Below, piece after piece: positions 50,570 to 63,485 of a stretch of 64,000 bases of DNA. This DNA comes from Callorhinchus milii. Taxonomy: Eukaryota. Both the position numbers and the translations under genes were made by a program. The notes beneath the pieces were generated by a model. It was not told the DNA's origin. It worked only from the letters and a program-made list of their open reading frames with translations, and searched no databases. How positions within the stretch are numbered: the first letter of the stretch is position 1; each line of letters begins with the position of its first letter. The stretch is from positions 13,578,001 through 13,642,000 of the forward strand of contig NW_024704756.1 in NCBI RefSeq assembly GCF_018977255.1, given 5' to 3'.

Positions 50570-50965
50570 ATTTTTAGAATTTACGAGTCTGCAATTACTC
50601 CGGGTGAAGTCATCAAAGTGGGGAGTAGAGTTGAGAGAGCAGCCAGTCAGTGCTTGTTCAGTGTAACCGGATTCACAGCCGCTGCGGCGAGAGAGCTCTC
50701 GCAAGTTCATGCCTTTAAATTCTATTTCCATGACAAATCTAAAGACTGACTGGCTGACAAAGAAAGAGATAACCATCAGTTGGCGTGCCAGCGGTGCTTT
50801 AATCAACTGGCCGATTAGTCATGAAAATACAACAATCGTGTAATTTTTATGGCGTTATGATCAGCATTATTGGCCTGAAGGTGCTTATCATGGGCCTGGA
50901 CAAAGGACGGGGCAGTAATGAGACCCTCAAGTCCAGAAATGGCAATGATGTCAGACCAGAGTGAT
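50570..50965. promoter_or_regulatory. candidate conserved non-coding element / enhancer
   Basis: Unique, CpG-retaining, rich in TAAT, TGACA, AACAAT and TTTATGG motifs; conservation not testable here. Confidence 0.35.
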
Positions 50966-53774
50966 ATTACCATTAATATTACTATTAATATCACTATTAT
51001 CCAGCACAACCTACACTGTTTGTCATATTCTGGATATCTTTGGCGTTTTGATATCTTCATCAGTTTCTTTCACATTGTCTACATAGTGTCCATCGCTGGA
51101 GTTCATAATCCATCAATGAACCTGTGTAAGTATTGGAAAGCAATTTGACCTTGAGGGGGGGGGGGGTTATCGTTGCCAAACATTGTCCCTTCCTCACCTC
51201 ATTTCATACCCATCTGTTTTCCAGCAGTTGTCTTTCAATAACAATCATTATGGGGATACCGCATGCTGTTTTTTCCCCTCACCTCCCTAGCCCAGTGATA
51301 CTGAGGTCACAGATGATCAGCTAACTCAGCACAGACCAAGGATTGATACTGGGACCTTCCTGGTAAGCAGAGCACCCACTGAACTCTCGGGGAAACCCAA
51401 AGCAACCGTACCTTATTGGCCAAAGCAGCTGTAACTAAATCAATTAGCACTAACTAATCACATTATATGAGCTGCTTGCCCGAATTGGGACTTTTCCGTG
51501 GAGACATTGCTACCGTTGTCATTTCATCACAGATGTTCTATTCTAGTAGAATAAGAGAAAAAAAGAACATTTTCAATAATAATATGATATAGCGCCAAAT
51601 CACATTGGCGAGACATCTCAAAGACCTTCACGGGATTATAGTGTAAAAGTAATGTGGCTCTGGGTGTTTTGTGAGTAAAATTAAAGCTGCCATTGTGTGT
51701 GGTGTGTGGCATGTGGTGTGTGCGGTGTGTTTGTGTGAGGGGGCTGTCACTCTGTATGTGGGAGGGGGCGAAGTAGCTGCAATTCTGTGTGTGTGTGTGT
51801 GTGTGTGAATGTGTGGGGCGGTTGGGGGATGGGGGGGGAAGGAGGAATGAGATGTCACCATATAGTGGGATGAGCTGTTATTCTGTGGGGGAAGGAGGGG
51901 GAGATATTATTCTGCAGAAGAGGGGGCTGCCTTTCTACAGTTGCCCCTGGCTGGGCCTTTCCTGGCTCTCACTCAGTCACTTCAACTGACCTAGAGAGAG
52001 GAGGAGCCGGCAGTGCTAGGCGATCGATTCCCTAACTACTTCATTATAAAATGCAAAATATATGTACAGTCAAAAGCCATTTATTTGAATACCACTTATC
52101 TAGATTGAACAGTTAACCAAAGCAGTCAGACCACTCAGCCTGCCCTGTGTGTACAAGCACTCAATTGCATGTCAGTTTCTGTGCTGAATTAATATTGTAT
52201 AATTCATGTACAACATCACCATTAATAGGTAATCAGTTATTCAAATTATTCACTTATCTGAAAAGAGGTGCTTCACAAACTGAATAAATAGTATTTGATT
52301 GTAAATATAGTTTATAAATACACACCCTCATGAGATCGAGGGTACATTAAACTTACATTAAAAATATTAATGTGTGCAGCTCCTTTAATAGCTGAATTAA
52401 TCAGGGCAAATCATAATTTAGACATACAGATTAATGCTAATCCTAGTTAAAGGCACTGTGGTGGAAGTTTTCAGGCAAGCTGAAATTCTGGATCAGCTGA
52501 AAAAAGGACATTCTTTAAAAACTTGCTCAAAGTCCATTGCACTCCCTGTAAGGCTCATTTCAGACTGCAGTTTACACTGGATCTGGGTTAAATGCATTAT
52601 TTCCGCTCTTGTACTGTGACTGCAGGACAACACAGGCAGGACAACAAAGGCAGATTTGATCCAGGAATGTTCCAAAGGCACCTTCATAAAGAGATTTATA
52701 CAGCGACTCCCCATCCCCAATCTCTCCCCAGTCCCCACACTCACACAATTGATCAGGGGAAACGTGTAAGTAATTGAGAAAGACGTGAACCTTGCTTTAA
52801 TGAATCCATCCACGATCACCGTACAAAAACTCACACCGTTCACTGCAGCACTGTTTTATCTTGGCAAAAAAAAATATACGATATGATTCAGTTCAGCGGC
52901 CAAAGCTTAAAAAGTAAATGCTTCAAAGCCCCAGATGTACACATGCGGAGCTTGCTGAAAAATAAACACATTCTAACTAGCAGACGGCTAATTTTTTCCC
53001 TCATCACTTTCGTTCTTGATGTTATATTACAAAGGGCTGTACAATAAAAACTAAAACCATGACAACGTGCTGTCAATATTGACGACGGCACATTAGAAAT
53101 CTAACCTTGCACTGGAACATTCAAAGTCTGTGTTTGCAGTGGTGGGGTGGGAACCCAGCCGAGTGCCTAGCCTAAGGAGGAACAATGAGTCATTCAGTTG
53201 GCAATGTGTCTTAAAGATTCATTGCACGTTACATAAGCGCTGGAGAAATAGTGCATTTGCTCAACTTAGTAAGAAAGAATTAGCTGAGTGAGATTGATAA
53301 AATGCTTTCCATTCCACGACATTCATTGGATGTTTGGGTCTGCCTAACTCTGCACTCGCGGAAATAAGTTTCTGTTTACAAGACACTAAAATAAGGATGG
53401 TCTCCCTTTTTTTTTGGTAAATAAGAATTCTTCTCCTAGTGAGGCCAGAGTTAATGAATGGGGGAAGATGCCAAGTTCGTATGCGTTTCTTTCTGAAGGG
53501 CATCGTCTACTGAGAAAAAGACATGTCGTAAAGCTTTGTTGTCAAACACAAGGCACATTGCTGTAAATCTGATGGACATGTATCACACCACTTGTGCCTG
53601 ATGCTATCGGGATAAAATGCTTCCCCCTCCTTGCAAACAAAAAGATTTTCCGAACATTCCTTCACAGACAATGATGCCAAGGTTGCAGTAGTGGCCCCTC
53701 AACTGAATTCAGCAACACCCACCCCCCATCTCCTTTGGGCTAAGGGTGGAAAGTATAATAATAATGATAAAACA

Positions 53775-54200
53775 TTAATAATAATAATCCTTGCATTTGA
53801 TATAGCACCTTTCACGCATTGAGACGTCTCAAAGCACAGGATGTACTGTAAAGTGTATTTTGTGATTGCAACAGGACAGCCAATTGCACACACCAATGTC
53901 CCCTAAACAGCCATGGAGTGAGTGACCAATTTTATTGGGGGATTGTTGGACAGGACACTGGAAGAAAATCCCTTCTTGTTTCAATTAGTGCCGTGGGATC
54001 TTTAACGTCCACCTGAATAGGCACATGGAACCTTGGTTTAATGCCTCATCCAAAGGACGGCGCCTCTGAGAATACAATATACCCCAAGCACTGCATTGGA
54101 GGGTCAGCTTAGAATACTTGATTGCAAGTCATGAGGCAGGACTTGAATCCATAACCTTCTGGCTCAGAGGCGAGAGTGCTACCCATTGTGCCAACAGACA
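53775..54200 (-). mobile_element. Deu-domain SINE, full length
   Basis: Head, core GTGCCGTGGGATCTTTAACGTCCACCTGAA and tail all present. Confidence 0.88.
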
Positions 54201-54228
54201 TATCAGTTCCTGCATCTCATCGCTATAC

Positions 54229-54348
54229 ATGGGTTTAAATTTCAGTTGATGTAACCTTGGGTGATGCACACTTATAATGTGGAAATCCCATTAACAGTTG
54301 ACATCTCCAAAGGCAGTATGGATAACACCAACTGGAATTTCAAGCCAT
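54229..54348. mobile_element. 120-bp mini-MITE with related TIRs
   Basis: ATGGGTTTAAATTTCAGTTGATGT vs reverse-complemented right end ATGGCTTGAAATTCCAGTTGGTGT, 20/24 identical. Confidence 0.65.
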
Positions 54349-54349
54349 C

Positions 54350-54580
54350 AGTAGCCTGCTGGAAAGTGTGAGAGTGTGATCGTCAGGTAACGGCTGGATT
54401 GGGCTTGACCTCTATGGTCAAAGAGGCTGTCAATAGGTTAACAACTCAACGGCTAGGCTCATGTGTGAACAGCCACAGGGCTGAGGTACCAGAGTGTGAC
54501 CAGTCTCCATGAAGCCATAACTCAACACGAGTCAGAAGTTTTGGGAGAGGAGAGAAGAGGAGAGGGAGAAATAGGGGATA
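54350..54580 (+). mobile_element. family-3 SINE 3' half
   Basis: CCTGCTGGAAAGTG...GGATTGGGCTTG...GAGGTACCAGAG. Confidence 0.65.
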
Positions 54581-56077
54581 AAAATCGCAAAATGTGGAGA
54601 AAGAGAGAGATTAATTCTCTCTCTCTAAGTAAAGAGATCTTGGATGCAAATTTGCAGAATGCTATGCCATAATGATCACTGGTGATAATGATATGATAAT
54701 TATTACTTCACATACCAATATTCCCCTCCCCATTCCGTATTTAGCATGACTTCAGATTAAGCCATTGCAAACCCAGAGGCATCCCATTTAATGCTGGAAT
54801 GATATTCTCCTCAGAGAATGTTTGGGAGATGGTGAAGAACACACACATACACACACACACCATTACTGTTCAACTCCATTCATAAATGTATGTAAAAAAA
54901 AGTATCATTTTACGACATCAAAAGATCTTGAAGGAAATGCTGACTGGGGTCAATGTGATCCACTTGCTTCCACTTGGTCCAGATTGCATCAGCCTTGCGT
55001 TGAGCAGTCCAGTGAATAGAGATTTATAGAAGTAATAAAAGTTTAACCTTGTGTCACTGTATTGGTTTTTAAATGGGATTGCAGGAGGAGTGACTCACTG
55101 CAGTTTGAGTGCTTCATTGGAACTGCACTTATACAGGGACCAGGATTGTAGGATTAAGTCAACAATGTAAATTATCCACTGACCTCAAACAGAACATATA
55201 TTGGCTTATTTGATCCTTATATTCTGACTTCTTGTATGTTCCCGTCATGTATTCAGATACTGAGAGCTTGCACGAAATTACACCACATGGTTCCTTAAAT
55301 GCAGTCAGACCCAGAAAGATGCATAAGGTCTGAAAATAAGACACTTGGCCTGTTCAAACAAAAGTACTGGGGATAAGCAATCCATATTGATAACAGCAAG
55401 CCTGTAAGTCAGACGGGAACTTTCTACCTAAGTGTCTTTCTGTTCTCACAAACTCCCCATGGACCTGTGTAATTTTCCCTGCTTGTCAGTTTATCAAAAG
55501 GCCTGGAGCATTGGGTTTCAGCTTCAGATTGTCAAGTCTGATCCCCGCTTCCTTTGAAAGTCCAGCGTTCTGACCCAGTTGCTGAAGTTCACAATATCAG
55601 AGCGCAGCACTGCAGGCTCTGTCTCCTGCTGACTTTTAACAGCACATTTCCTGGGTTGTGTGTGTGTTTGGGGTGGGGGGGGTGGGGCAGAGTTGGATGG
55701 AGACGCAGCTTAATCCTTACTTAAAAAAAATCATCTAAATCCTTGTCCCTGACCCAAGACAGTCTTCTGTTTGATAGTTACACAATAAACCATTTTGTTA
55801 TTTGACAGTTCAAAAATCAGGTTTCTCACAGCACTGTGGCATTTCGTGGGCTTGAATTTAATACTTGCTACATATGGCTGCCAATGGTATGCTTACACCA
55901 GGTGCAAGAACATGCCCCGAGCTATTTTCCATTTAGTAGCCGGTGCTTTTTCATACCAAGTAAGTAAGGCTTGGAAGTACAAAGGAAGGAATATTTTCCC
56001 ACCTAATTCATTTTTAAAACTGCTTTTTCTTCCTTCTTTCCATCTTATATGGGCACAGCCACTGTCTCCTCATTGTT

Positions 56078-56176
56078 ATAATAATAATCCTCGCATTTGA
56101 TATAGCGCCTTATCGTGCCATTGAGATGTCTCAAAATATACATTATAAAGTGGTTTGACTGTGTGTTAGTGGGCGA
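56078..56176 (-). mobile_element. SINE 3' tail truncated at TCGCCC
   Basis: Shared tail. Confidence 0.8.
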
Positions 56177-56247
56177 TTATTACTCCTGGAAAGCAAACCA
56201 CCATTCGTCTAACAACTGGATTCCTACTTAATGCTAAGTAAACAGAG

Positions 56248-56353
56248 GTGTGTGGAGTAAGGAAACTTGCCTTAGGTTTCGCCCCGCCCAGGAATCGAAC
56301 ACAGGTCCTCTCGCTTGCGAGGTGAGCATGTTAACCAGTATGCTACAGGACTC
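56248..56353 (-). mobile_element. tRNA-Ala(CGC)-like SINE head only
   Basis: Minus strand GAGTCCTGTAGCATACTGG..CTCGCAA..GTTCGATTCC..GGGGCGAAACC..TCCTTACTCCACACAC. Confidence 0.85.
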
Positions 56354-56844
56354 TGCTGTTGTAGGTTGGTGGCACAGACACAATGAGACCTTTGTTGGTT
56401 TCTATTGCTGATAAGTAAATGCTCAGGTAAATTGGGCCTGTATGTTTTTAAGTGTGGGAATATGTGCTAAAGTTTACGAAAAACTTAATATAATGAATGT
56501 GTTATAAAATGCTGCAAAGCTTATCCAATATGTAAAGTGAGATTTAATCTGTAATTGAATAATCAAAAATGAAATGAATGAAAGTGAATACCATCCCTTT
56601 TAGTTCAAGGAATCGGAAAGCAACCTCGAGTGAGGTGCCCCATCTGTCTCCCAGTCTATTGGTACTAATTCACATAATGTGGGCGAAGAGAGATTTTCAC
56701 CATCCGGGGATAGTTACAGCCCAGGAGACTTCAATATGACGCAATGGTCTGGGTTTGGGGAGGATGTTAATGATGTAATTGCATTGCCTTGTCTATGTGT
56801 GCCAGAACACTGCAGAACAATTCCCTTTCTGCCGACTCCGCCAA

Positions 56845-57000
56845 TAGACCAGTGGGTAAAGTCTCCTCTCGGGGCAGCACTGGATCGTACAGGGTTGTAC
56901 TTGAATCTCAATCTGTGCTGAGCTAGCCATTCTCAGCTGGGGCAGTAAGGGGCGCTAGAATTTGCTTCAGTGCCCCAGGGTTTGGGAGGGGAAAATGAAA
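56845..57000 (+). mobile_element. family-3 SINE 5' part
   Basis: CAGTGGGTAA..TCTGTGCTGAGCTAGC..CAGTGCCCCAGGG. Confidence 0.7.
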
Positions 57001-57636
57001 GAGAGTTACCACTTTTTACCATCTTCCTACCCCACTGGGACGTCCTCCTGACGCGAAAGGCGCTATACAATGTAATTTGTTGTTGTTGTATGTCCACATA
57101 TCAGCTAAGGATAGAATTGGGATTGACTTTCTCCTGTTTGAATAGGCAGCCCTCAACATTTATTTCCCTAAATTTCTCAGTTGATTGATTGATTGATCGA
57201 TTGATTTTTCCACTGGGTACTGTTCGTTGGGGAACCCTCCAAGGAGCATCACACAGAAGTGGGCATGATTGAAGTGTAAGTGTTGACAACACACACAGGG
57301 TTATAGTCTCTGAGACATTCATTTAACGTTTTCAGGAATGAAAGCAATTGGCAGCGAGAAACAGGATTTCGATTTCCTCTTTCGAATCACTCTCGCCAAA
57401 GCACAGAACTTCACTAACTGGGCAGAAGTGCTCGTCAGTGTTTAAGAGAAGGTTTGAGGGCTCGAATGGAGTGGAACCCGAGTAGGTTTGTACCTCCAGT
57501 ATTTATAGAGTAGCGAGTGGGAATCAATGTCAATACTCAAGGTGGACTTCACAGTCAGCCAGCCAAGTTACATTACGTTTTCATGCACAATCACTACAAA
57601 AGCTCAGTATAAGTAGGTATAAACCTCCGGTTAGAT

Positions 57637-57995
57637 AATAGTAATAATAATAATACTTCTATTTGATATAGCACTTAATACATTGAGACATCTCAAAGCT
57701 CTTCACAGGATGTACTGTAAAGTGTAGTCACTAAGTATTTTGTGGGCAAAACGCAGCAGCCAGTTTGCACACAGCAACATCCACAGACAGCCATGGAGTG
57801 ATTGATCAATTTAACTGGGGATTGTTGAGCAGGCCACCGGGAGAAACTCCCTTCTCTTTTCGAATAGTGCTGCAGGATCTTTAATATCCACCTGAACAGG
57901 AAGAGGGGACCTTGGTTTAATGTCTCAACTGAAGAATAGCATCTCCGACAATGCAACCATACCCCCAGCACTGCATTGGATGTGGGGTTTGAATA
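57637..57995 (-). mobile_element. Deu-domain SINE
   Basis: GGATCTTTAATATCCACCTGAACAGG core plus tail. Confidence 0.85.
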
Positions 57996-59343
57996 GTATT
58001 GGTGCCCTCCTCTTAGTCAATGCCACAAGGAGAGAATAATAATCAACTACTAGGAAAAGAAATCTTTTGACAGGTAGTAATCCACAGCACGTTCAAACTA
58101 AAAATTAAGTGGAGTGTGAACTGTGCGAAAAAAATCATTCAACGGCTTTGGAACCAATCTCACAAGAACAGCAATGATTGAGTTAATGCGTGCGTCTCTG
58201 GCTGGAGCTCAGAGAGCATGAAAAGGGCACGGTTCAGGCTTGGCATTGAGCGTGATACGTTTAAACAAACGCAATTGAAGTGATGTGTGCCAAGGAGTGA
58301 GAGCATAGGACTGGAGCAGTAACACAGAATTAAACAGAGTATGTGTGTGTGCCTGTGTGTGTGTTAAAATGCAGATCTAAATTGATTGGTTGCGCAACAG
58401 ACTGTGTAGCCATTCACTGATCACAAGCGGGAAAACACAAATCCCTTCTCTAGGTCCTAATTGCTTCCAGTAGTATCTCATGACACTATTCATAATCAGT
58501 TGGGTGCTTTTCCCAGCAGTGGCACCGTGGGATGGAGTATCAGAGTGTGGGGGCAGAGAGGCTGAAGGCACGACCGCTGATGGTGGAGTGGGCAGGGCGG
58601 GGGACATGGAGCAGGCCATACCTGCCGAGTAGAGAGGTTGGCAACATGGCTATTCCAGGAACTCACCCTGAGATGGTGACAATTGGCCTTCAGGTATTGT
58701 AAGGCATCCAAACTCTGAACATTTACAAAAGCACATATGTGTATTACAAGACAGGTACTCACTGGAGTTGGCAGGATCCAGATCTGAAAGTAGAAGACAG
58801 TCGTTCTTCTTTTAAAATCACTGCAATGTTACCAATGCAGCGAGCGACTGCTCTGATCCCAATTTGGATCAGTCTAAATTACTAACCATCTGACTGGCAG
58901 AATAAAACAAGAGCCTTCATCAGCTCAATTGCTGCTTTAGTCCTTGTTAAGAGATTGAGTGTTCTACAGTATACAATTTCTTCCTGCTCAGTTTCAATTC
59001 AGAGCAGCAATCAATTTGGACCATTTCTGCTTCAATGGAGCATTAATAGGGATTTCCCTGCCACGCCTCCTCCAAAGCAACACAGAAATCATGAAGCACT
59101 GCTGGTAGGGAACAAACAGTGAGGGCACACTGCTAAATAATGCTCATGCCATGCTCCTTCACATTAAGACTATTCAACGATGGCACACTAGCAATAGTAT
59201 TTAAAGCAGTCTTCATCATGCAGTCACACTATAACATTTCATTGTCACTCACAATTCGATTTTACACCCAATAAATTTATTGGACGTATCCTAGTCTTTC
59301 ATTTACATGTTTCTAGGCTTTGTACCTAGCCTGAGGGTAATTG

Positions 59344-59550
59344 AGGCTTAACATTTCTCATGGCCTTAGCCATAAGACCACAGTTTTAAAATTTAAGATG
59401 GTACAGAATATTGGAAAATCCTTAAATTTAAAGGCTGTGAAAAGCTGCAATTCAAATTGAAACATATTCTTCAGAATTATCCAAAATTCTACACCATCTA
59501 AATTTTAAGACAATGACCTTCAGTCTAATACCGTGAGAAATTTCAGGTCT
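59344..59550. mobile_element. MITE copy D
   Basis: TIRs 15/20 identical (AGGCTTAACATTTCTCATGG / AGACCTGAAATTTCTCACGG); flanks TTG and CTG; internal inverted arms. Confidence 0.7.
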
Positions 59551-60084
59551 CTGTAGCCTCATAAACTGTCCCAAATATGAATCCGAGGTGGGAGATATGT
59601 GCACCACAGCTGAAAACATTTTAACCAAATACATTTATGTAACATTTTCAAAGATATTGTTGTCTGGGTTTATAATCCTTGTCCTCTGAATGACAGAAAG
59701 TGGTTTGCATTGTAGGGGTGGGGGGAGTAAAGAAGTGAATAAAAAGTATTTGTCCCTTGTTTGACTGGGGACAAATTGTATAGTAATTCTTCACTTTCTG
59801 CCAAACCTGAACTCCTGCAAATAACTACGCAGCATCTGTAAATATGACTAGAGGAAATATCCACCCATTGCACACACTGGGGTAATGTTTTAATTACAGA
59901 TGGGATTACAAACTTCTGTGAAACATCAGACTGGGCTCTTCCTCCTAAAGGATATTGCTGGTCTGGTACCTCAAACATCTGTTGACTCACACGCCCATAA
60001 AACAGCATGTTCCAGACAAAGTCAATGTGGACAGAGGGCATAGCTCCTCAGACAGGCTGCCGGGGCACTGCAACCTATCCAGGT

Positions 60085-60228
60085 AATAATAATAATCCTT
60101 AATAATCCTCGCATTTGGTATCCTCGCCGCTTATCACGTCTTCGAGACGCCTCAAAGCATTTCACAGAATATACTGTAAAGTGAATTGACTGTTTATTTT
60201 GTGGTCGAAACGCAGCAGCCAATTGTGC
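60085..60228 (-). mobile_element. SINE 3' tail
   Basis: Shared tail. Confidence 0.85.
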
Positions 60229-62019
60229 AAAAGAAACCAATGGACCAATTCAGCTGTGCTGAATCCTTCAATGATTCTGTTTGGTATTTTGATTGCAAGG
60301 AACTACAGAGATATAAAATATCCTGAGAATTAGGCATTAGAAAGCTGTGCAATGCTAAGTGGAAACTGTGACATTTCAAAACAGGTTCTTGATTGCATGT
60401 GATAATTATCACATCAAATCTGTTTTTTCCACCCGTGCTAGCTTCTGACCTTCACCGTTGACTGAAGAAGAAAGTGGTGGTGGTGGTGAAGTTAAATAAA
60501 TGAATACAGTTGGGGTTTCTTTCCAGTGCTGTGCACACGAATTGGCTAAAACGTATGGAAACATTTTGCCAAACGAGCTGAAGTGCCACATTGCCTGGGA
60601 ATTTGATCCTGCGACGGTGTGAGCCAGATGATCCATTGCCTAAGGTACTGGACTGCCAAACAGGCTTTATTTTAAGACCAAACACATCAAGATATCATGT
60701 AGAATGATGCTGCTTCAGGCAGCATTTTACCTTATGAATTAAGCCCTTTCTTAACTGTTGGACGCATTCCGAATAACAGTGACAATTTGCACTTATATAG
60801 TCCTCTTCATGTTAGAGAATGTCTCAGAGTGCTTTTCAATGATGGACTCACTGTCAAGGAGTGCATTTGAAAAATACAGACAGGAGGTAATGGTGGCAGG
60901 TATGAGGGCTTCAGTGGCATTTGGTGGGAGTCAGAGGCACAGGTGGGTGATGTGAGGTGAAGAACGTGCAAGGTTTCATATCACATGAATTTGAAGATAA
61001 AATTGGGTGAAAATATTCTTATGCATTTTGCTCCACAACTCTCCAGAGTCCATACAACAACAGCAAAACACCATGCCAAAAATAAGCACCAGTACAGACT
61101 TGGAAACACATGAAGCTTCATTAATGGCAAGATCCTCTTGGCAGAATTATGTGACTGGCACCATGCTGCAGCCAAGTTCAATGCAATTTCATATGTAGCA
61201 ATTCAGCCACACAAGTCTTCCACCAGACACATTATGCCCACAAGATAGTAAATCTACAGTAAACGCCTGCTAGTTTATTCATACCAAGTTGAACAATATT
61301 GGAAAAGTATTGAATATAACATGATACAGCACATATGGTGTAATAAGTACTTTTTTGATGCACATGTGGACTTTTGAGTTTTATCTCATTGCTGTGCTCT
61401 TCATTTCAATGAAATGTAACTGGTGTAGCAGTGAGATAAATGCCCACTTAAGGTGCCCAGAAAGCTTGCTCGCCTGAGAATTGCCAACTACAAGTGCTGC
61501 GTGGTCCATAGAGGCAACGAGAAAGCTAATAGAAGAGTTTCACAATCGCATGAGAGGAGAGAGAAAAAAAATCCCATTTTTCTCCCTCATCCCCTCCCCA
61601 CCCCCACCTCTCAACTCCATCATTAATCTTGAGCAAGACAATCCAATACATGGACAATGGTCGATTCCTGCTTTCGCTCCCTCCCCCTAAGCTATTCTGT
61701 GGAGGTGCTGGAATTAGGAACCCAGCCCAGTTTTCCTTCCTTCCTGCACATGAACTCGGTGTTCTGACAAGCTTGATTCATTGTAGATGTCAGGATGTGA
61801 ATGCTAGTGAAAGGTGGGATCAGAATTCGAGTCTTTTGTGGAGACGCCATGTTACACCACCATTGCTACAAAACATCTTCAAACTGATTGCTTAAATGAT
61901 GCCATTGAAAAAATACCACAAACTTTCACCAACTAAAACCACACCAAGTTCAAATCTCCCACTCCTTATACCACGATAAATAAGCACTCAATAACATACT
62001 TTGAAAGAAAGTCTGTAAC

Positions 62020-62340
62020 GCTATGGAACCTGACTTCTCTGATCTCCTACACCACTTCTCTGTTCAATCCTTCCACTTGGCTAATTCAGGCTTCCTGCGT
62101 GAGCCCTCCTATCTATCTGCAAAACCATCAATGACTGACTTTTATATTATGCAACCATAACCACAATGACTTCCCCCCCTCTCTTTCTAAATTCAAGTCC
62201 CACCTTAAAACCTAGCTCTTCAACTGTCACCTTCCCTCTCGCCTCTTCCCTGCTCAGTATCTGACCTTGTCACTGTGAAGCACTCCAAGACATTATCCTT
62301 TGAGAAGGGTGCTATTATAAATGCAAGTTGTTGTTGTTGT
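62020..62340 (+). mobile_element. degenerate L2 3' end
   Basis: SKFKSHLKT-like segment and ATAAATGCAAGTTGTTGTTGTTG tail. Confidence 0.75.
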
Positions 62341-63289
62341 TCCATTGGATCATAGTTTAGACATGCAATGAGAGTGTGGGGTCAGATTTCAAGCTCTGTA
62401 AATACAGGTCTCTCCAAAGAGAAGGTTTTACCCTCAACTAATTACAATAGATTCAGCATTTACAGCACTCCTGGCTGTGATAAACCCAACCAACAATAGC
62501 AACCCTTTTAACAGCAATTTAGTTTTATTACCAATGCTTCAATACACAAGTACTTTGCAGTGAAATGAACAGCCAAAAATGACTTAACAGTCGTTTTTAA
62601 ACAGGGAATAATACTGTGATTAGCACTTGAAGAGTTAACTGAGGGAATCTCTTGTAGTGTCTAGTCCACTGGGATCACTGTGCAGAGCACGTATATTTCA
62701 CCGCACCAGTTTCATTGTACTGCACTGACTATTCTAATGAATGATGGTCAAAGAGACAGCACAGTGCTGTGTTAGCAAACAAGTAAATCATTTAGATTGC
62801 ATGCAGTTCCATTGCTGCACATGAATGGGGCAGTAAATCTGTTAGATTATTGTCTACTATTCTACTGGATTCATTATGGCTGCGCTTATTCTACTTGAAA
62901 ATAAAGGAATATCAATACCTCCCACACACTCAATTTATAATCCAAATTATTTGCATGATGACTGCGCTTGAATTATGGTTCTGCCCTAATCAGCAGAGCG
63001 CTGGCCATTCCCAGATAAAACAATGCTCCTTGAGTAATCTCCCTACTAATTACTGGGAAACGTTAAATACATGGGCTGTTTGAAGCCTTTATTTTGAACA
63101 TAAACGTTCTGAGAGCTGAACCTCTTTGCAATTTTTACAATAAATCAGAAAAGCTGGTTAGTGGTCCAAGACTAGAACGTGTCTAGTCTCATGTGGAGCT
63201 TACAATTCCAGTATAGTGGGACCTTGATTGTCCACACCTCTAATACCTACCTTCCCAATTATCTGCCACGCTCACCTCCAAACTAACCC

Positions 63290-63485
63290 CTGAACACTCT
63301 GACTCTGACTTAGCAATTTCTGTACTTCCCCAACTCGGCTGCCACTCTGCTCCACCTCCCTGCCTCAGCTCCATTTTCGTCTCACTGACTGAACTCACAC
63401 TTCACTCCTCATTCTCCGCTCAGCTCCACCACTTCCTTGACTCAGATACCACTCTGCTAAGCCTCCCTGATTCCACTCCCAACTT
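63290..63485. repeat. C/T-rich degenerate low-complexity repeat
   Basis: Recurrent CACTC, CTCAGCTCCA and CCACTCTGCT units. Confidence 0.45.

Noticed and set aside
51815-51905. G-rich runs as a G-quadruplex or promoter
   Set aside because: Part of a GT/G-rich low-complexity tract with no CpG island or start-site evidence.
60527-60616. Plus-strand exon candidate CCAHELAKTYGNILPNELKCHIAWEFDPAT
   Set aside because: The LAKTYGNI resemblance to CYP2 enzymes is too short, the donor is weak and no other P450 exons are present.
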